Positions 62,201 through 64,000 of a stretch of 64,000 nucleotides of DNA are shown piece after piece. This stretch comes from Candidatus Latescibacterota bacterium. GTDB lineage: Bacteria; Latescibacterota; UBA2968; UBA8231. The notes under the pieces were generated by a model. That model made no database searches and was not told where the DNA came from. It saw nothing but the letters and a program-made list of their open reading frames with translations. Each line of letters begins with the position of its first letter. Positions within the stretch are counted from its first letter, which is position 1. A program made the position numbers and the translations under genes. The stretch spans positions 288,001 through 352,000 of the forward strand of contig OZ242005.1 of the NCBI GenBank assembly GCA_965204725.1. Reading direction: 5' to 3'.

Positions 62201-63001
62201 GGAGCGGCTAGCCGGCGCGTATTCCCAGCGGCTGACCGGCTCGGCCCAAAACAAGACAAAATCGTCCGCGTCCAAGCGGCCATCGCCCCCGTCTTCTACC
62301 GCCAAGCCCACTTCCGCCATGGCTTGGGGCGGGGCCACCTCGCTGAGGGACAAGGCTTGGCCGCCTCCGTAGTACAGGCGCAAACTCGCCGGATCGACAT
62401 CCCCGAGCGACACCCCGGCGGCCTCAAAGTCGGCACCCGATACCCTGTACATGCCCGCTTCCAAGACGAAGACACGCAGCCACGTCCCACCCTGCAACGC
62501 GGCCTTGGCCGCCGGCCGCCGCTTGGGTGGCAATCGCCAGTTCCTCGCTTGCTCATGATTGACGAGCACCCCTCGGTAGAATGCTTCGCCCCAAGGGTCG
62601 GCAACGCGGGTGCCGCCACTACCGGTCACGTGTAGATCAACGACGATGCGATCGTACAGGGTCCGCGTCCCGTCTGCCTCGATGTGCGGCGCAAACGCCA
62701 CCGGAACGACCCGTTGACGCCGCACCAAACCGCTCTCGCCGAGAAAGACCGGGCCGGGCGTGGGCGCGTCGTCTAAAGCAGCGCGATCGGTGCGCACCAC
62801 GTGGGCTTCGACCAGTTCCAAGCGAACCTGTCCATCGCTGGGGACGCCGATCAAGGCACCGCGTCCCCGCTCCAATTCTTGGCCCTCGGGACGCCAAACC
62901 AACCGCACGCGCTGGGGCGTCTGCTCGCTTACGCGCAGTTCCGCCGTGGCCGCACTCCCGCAAAAAAGCGCGAGCACCCAAAAACAGCACTTAAATCGCA
63001 T
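59297..63001 (-). CDS. porU: T9SS sortase PorU homolog (C25 gingipain domain, C-terminal sorting domain); catalytic Cys position reads Ser
   Basis: GMYRV, HNLY...N.YW, IYDEFSGG..DP.AIRNF, GDGSYD, IGRLP, YLGHG, LFGDPA, D..GP.I, D.SGIN.TG..GH, KAWDNFNNS, YPNP. Start 63001 or 63028. Confidence 0.88.
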   Translation of the reverse strand: MRFKCCFWVLALFCGSAATAELRVSEQTPQRVRLVWRPEGQELERGRGALIGVPSDGQVRLELVEAHVVRTDRAALDDAPTPGPVFLGESGLVRRQRVVPVAFAPHIEADGTRTLYDRIVVDLHVTGSGGTRVADPWGEAFYRGVLVNHEQARNWRLPPKRRPAAKAALQGGTWLRVFVLEAGMYRVSGADFEAAGVSLGDVDPASLRLYYGGGQALSLSEVAPPQAMAEVGLAVEDGGDGRLDADDFVLFWAEPVSRWEYAPASRSFQYRHNLYTHENAYWLGFGGGVEGRRAEQRSGALTAPDPQQPTSYRVRIHEEAEQFVLTQLSGIKSGYTWYWEDFRGNARNFPVVVRQAAPEPVAVRLGFIRGSETRPRFSVRWNEETIGTVAFTTEERYVASDTLWAALGAQEGLNHLGVFHSGSPARFDWYEVEYSRGFVAERGQLNFTYPLTGVTQFRLAGFAAEPPRIFEVSAGLAEVVDFAYEAQDGAVIFQDRPGDVPRQYAVGGPATWKRPVRIELDSPGNLTAGARGADWVAIYHRDFRAAAERLAQWRAADDRLGPPLQTAAIDIQDIYDEFSGGLLDPAAIRNFLAYAAEHWDPAPMFVALIGDGSYDYKNNSSISQGHWIPAYQDGDSTYDEWYTRVVGGDLFPDLAIGRLPVQTAAAADALADKIIAYDRAPEVGPWQSQVLLVSDDLLNRDHPNRVESFFIRDSEYMARRVLPEVLDLTKLYTAQFPLEGREKPRARDEFIRLFNKGALILTYLGHGSFDRLAHESLFLLSRDLDKLNNGGRLPLFFTAASQVGVFDDPVRISMPEGLLLKEDGGVIGMICATRLGYHDTNVQLANEFYRRLYHTERKHVPIGLALTEAKQLLLPIYNPTGTKTFRNIQRYSLFGDPATRLAMPRFQVQLERPDSLRALGEVVVTGQVLDAAGAPATTYKGQVWLQAFDSREESELEGFSYQQTGAPIFRGRFLVAEGRFRAAFRVPKDITYGGQNGRISAYVWSDDSPAALGATEGLVLAGTAAGVEADVEGPEISLRFEGAKGSNIPRQTVLLASIADPSGINITGETGHEIELAVDDELFTLTDLYSVQGGDYRQGVVEFPLPELETGPHEIRLKAWDNFNNSSRATVSVSVGDDEADAGLAHVLFYPNPMRDRGYFTYQLADDMRSVQIEVFSLAGRLIEQLDGPTRAGYNQVPWTPPAGLANGAYICRIEAERESGVAVARRAVLQVAK

Positions 63002-63093
63002 GAAAATGGTATAGGTGGGATTGGTCATTTGGTCGTGGTGATTAGCACTTTTAAGGTCATTCCAAGCCCCTTTTTTGTCAAGGGCATCTCGCC

Positions 63094-63122
63094 TTGACTT
63101 ATCGGCTCAGCGCCGCTATGTT
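63094..63122 (+). promoter_or_regulatory. Sigma70-type promoter of rpmB
   Basis: TTGACT-17 bp-TATGTT; GGAGG RBS downstream. Confidence 0.65.
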
Positions 63123-63149
63123 TGATGGTTTCTTAACAGGGAGGCACTC

Positions 63150-63377
63150 ATGGCCAGACAATGCAGCCTGACCAATGTTAAGGGCCTAGTTGGCAACAAC
63201 GTCAGCCACTCGCAGCGCAAAACCAAGCGCGTCCAACAGCCCAACCTCATCAAAAAGCGCATCTTCATTCCCGAGAAAAACCGCACCGTCACCCTCCGCC
63301 TGACCGCCCGCGCCCTGCGTACCTTAAACAAAAAAGGCGCTTATCAGTTCCTGAAAGAAAAAGGGATTGAGGTCTGA
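63150..63377 (+). CDS. rpmB: 50S ribosomal protein L28
   Basis: MARQC...GNNVSHS.RKTKR...PNL. Confidence 0.96.
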   Translation: MARQCSLTNVKGLVGNNVSHSQRKTKRVQQPNLIKKRIFIPEKNRTVTLRLTARALRTLNKKGAYQFLKEKGIEV

Positions 63378-63405
63378 GCGGCCCCAACCCTAGCCCTTCG
63401 CGCCG

Positions 63406-64000
63406 ATGAACCTAGGCGACGACGCAGCCGACGCCATCCAAGAGCGCGTTCGCCACGCCCTAGCCGAAAACGCGGCCTTGAAAATTTTTGCCGGCCGCAC
63501 GAAGTCCTTTCTCGGACGCCAGCACGACGGAATTCCCCTCGATCTCTCCGCCCTAACCGGCATCGTCAGCTACGAGCCAGACGAATTGGTCTTAGTCGCC
63601 CGCCCGGGCACCAAGCTGAGCGAGATAGAAGCCCTGTGCCGGAGCGAAAACCAGTACTTCGCTTTCGAGCCGCCCGCTTGGGGTGCGGCCGCGACCATCG
63701 GCGGCACTGTGGCCTGCAACCTGTCGGGGCCGCGGCGCTTCAAGCTGGGTGCCCTGCGCGATCACTTGCTCGGTGCTGAGTTGATCGACGGCTGCGGCGA
63801 GCGAATTCGCACCGGCGGCAAAGTCGTCAAAAACGTCACGGGGTACGACCTGTCCAAAGTGCTGGCCGGCTCCTTCGGAACGCTCGGAGTGCTTACCGAA
63901 GTCTGCCTCAAGGTCTGGCCCTGCCCGCAAACCCAAGCAACCCTGTTCATTTACGGGGCAACGCCCGCAGGGGCATTGGAGCGGATTCTCGACTGGGCAG
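63406..64000 (+). CDS. glcE: Glycolate oxidase FAD-binding subunit (runs off the window)
   Basis: Not in the ORF track. Manual translation: GIVSYEPDELV, AFEPP, ATIGGTVACNLSGPRR, GGKVVKNVTGYDLSK, GSFGTLGVLTEV. Confidence 0.9.
   Translation, partial: MNLGDDAADAIQERVRHALAENAALKIFAGRTKSFLGRQHDGIPLDLSALTGIVSYEPDELVLVARPGTKLSEIEALCRSENQYFAFEPPAWGAAATIGGTVACNLSGPRRFKLGALRDHLLGAELIDGCGERIRTGGKVVKNVTGYDLSKVLAGSFGTLGVLTEVCLKVWPCPQTQATLFIYGATPAGALERILDWA

Overview
A GC-rich bacterial chromosome segment. The T9SS-like porU/porV locus, proteins with C-terminal sorting domains and a TonB receptor suggest an FCB-type lineage, possibly Latescibacterota-like and possibly host-associated (inference only). Most of the window is housekeeping: acyl-CoA ligase, ilvBN, ppdK, parAB, ligA, argRBDH, cdaA-folP-ftsH-tilS, lexA, era, purD-folB-folK-panC, rpmB and glcE. 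Several accessory pieces sit between these genes. (1) An island between era and purD holds a eukaryote-like sterol reductase and a helicase-less Type ISP/IIG restriction-modification enzyme. The last ~47 aa of that enzyme look like a VapB-type antitoxin tail, and its stop overlaps the start of a PIN/VapC nuclease. This is the best candidate for a new toxin-guarded RM defence system. (2) In the T9SS-like locus, the PorU catalytic Cys appears replaced by Ser and an M6-like protease has lost its HExxH motif. (3) Two orphan DNA methyltransferases lie between perfect 56-bp inverted copies of a REP/MITE-like repeat. (4) Three members of a small membrane-anchored coiled-coil family have variable stalk length, and two of them flank cyoE as direct repeats. 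(5) Two enolase-superfamily paralogs are coupled to argH. No rRNA, tRNA, CRISPR array or transposase was recognised. All calls come from reading motifs by eye, with no database search.
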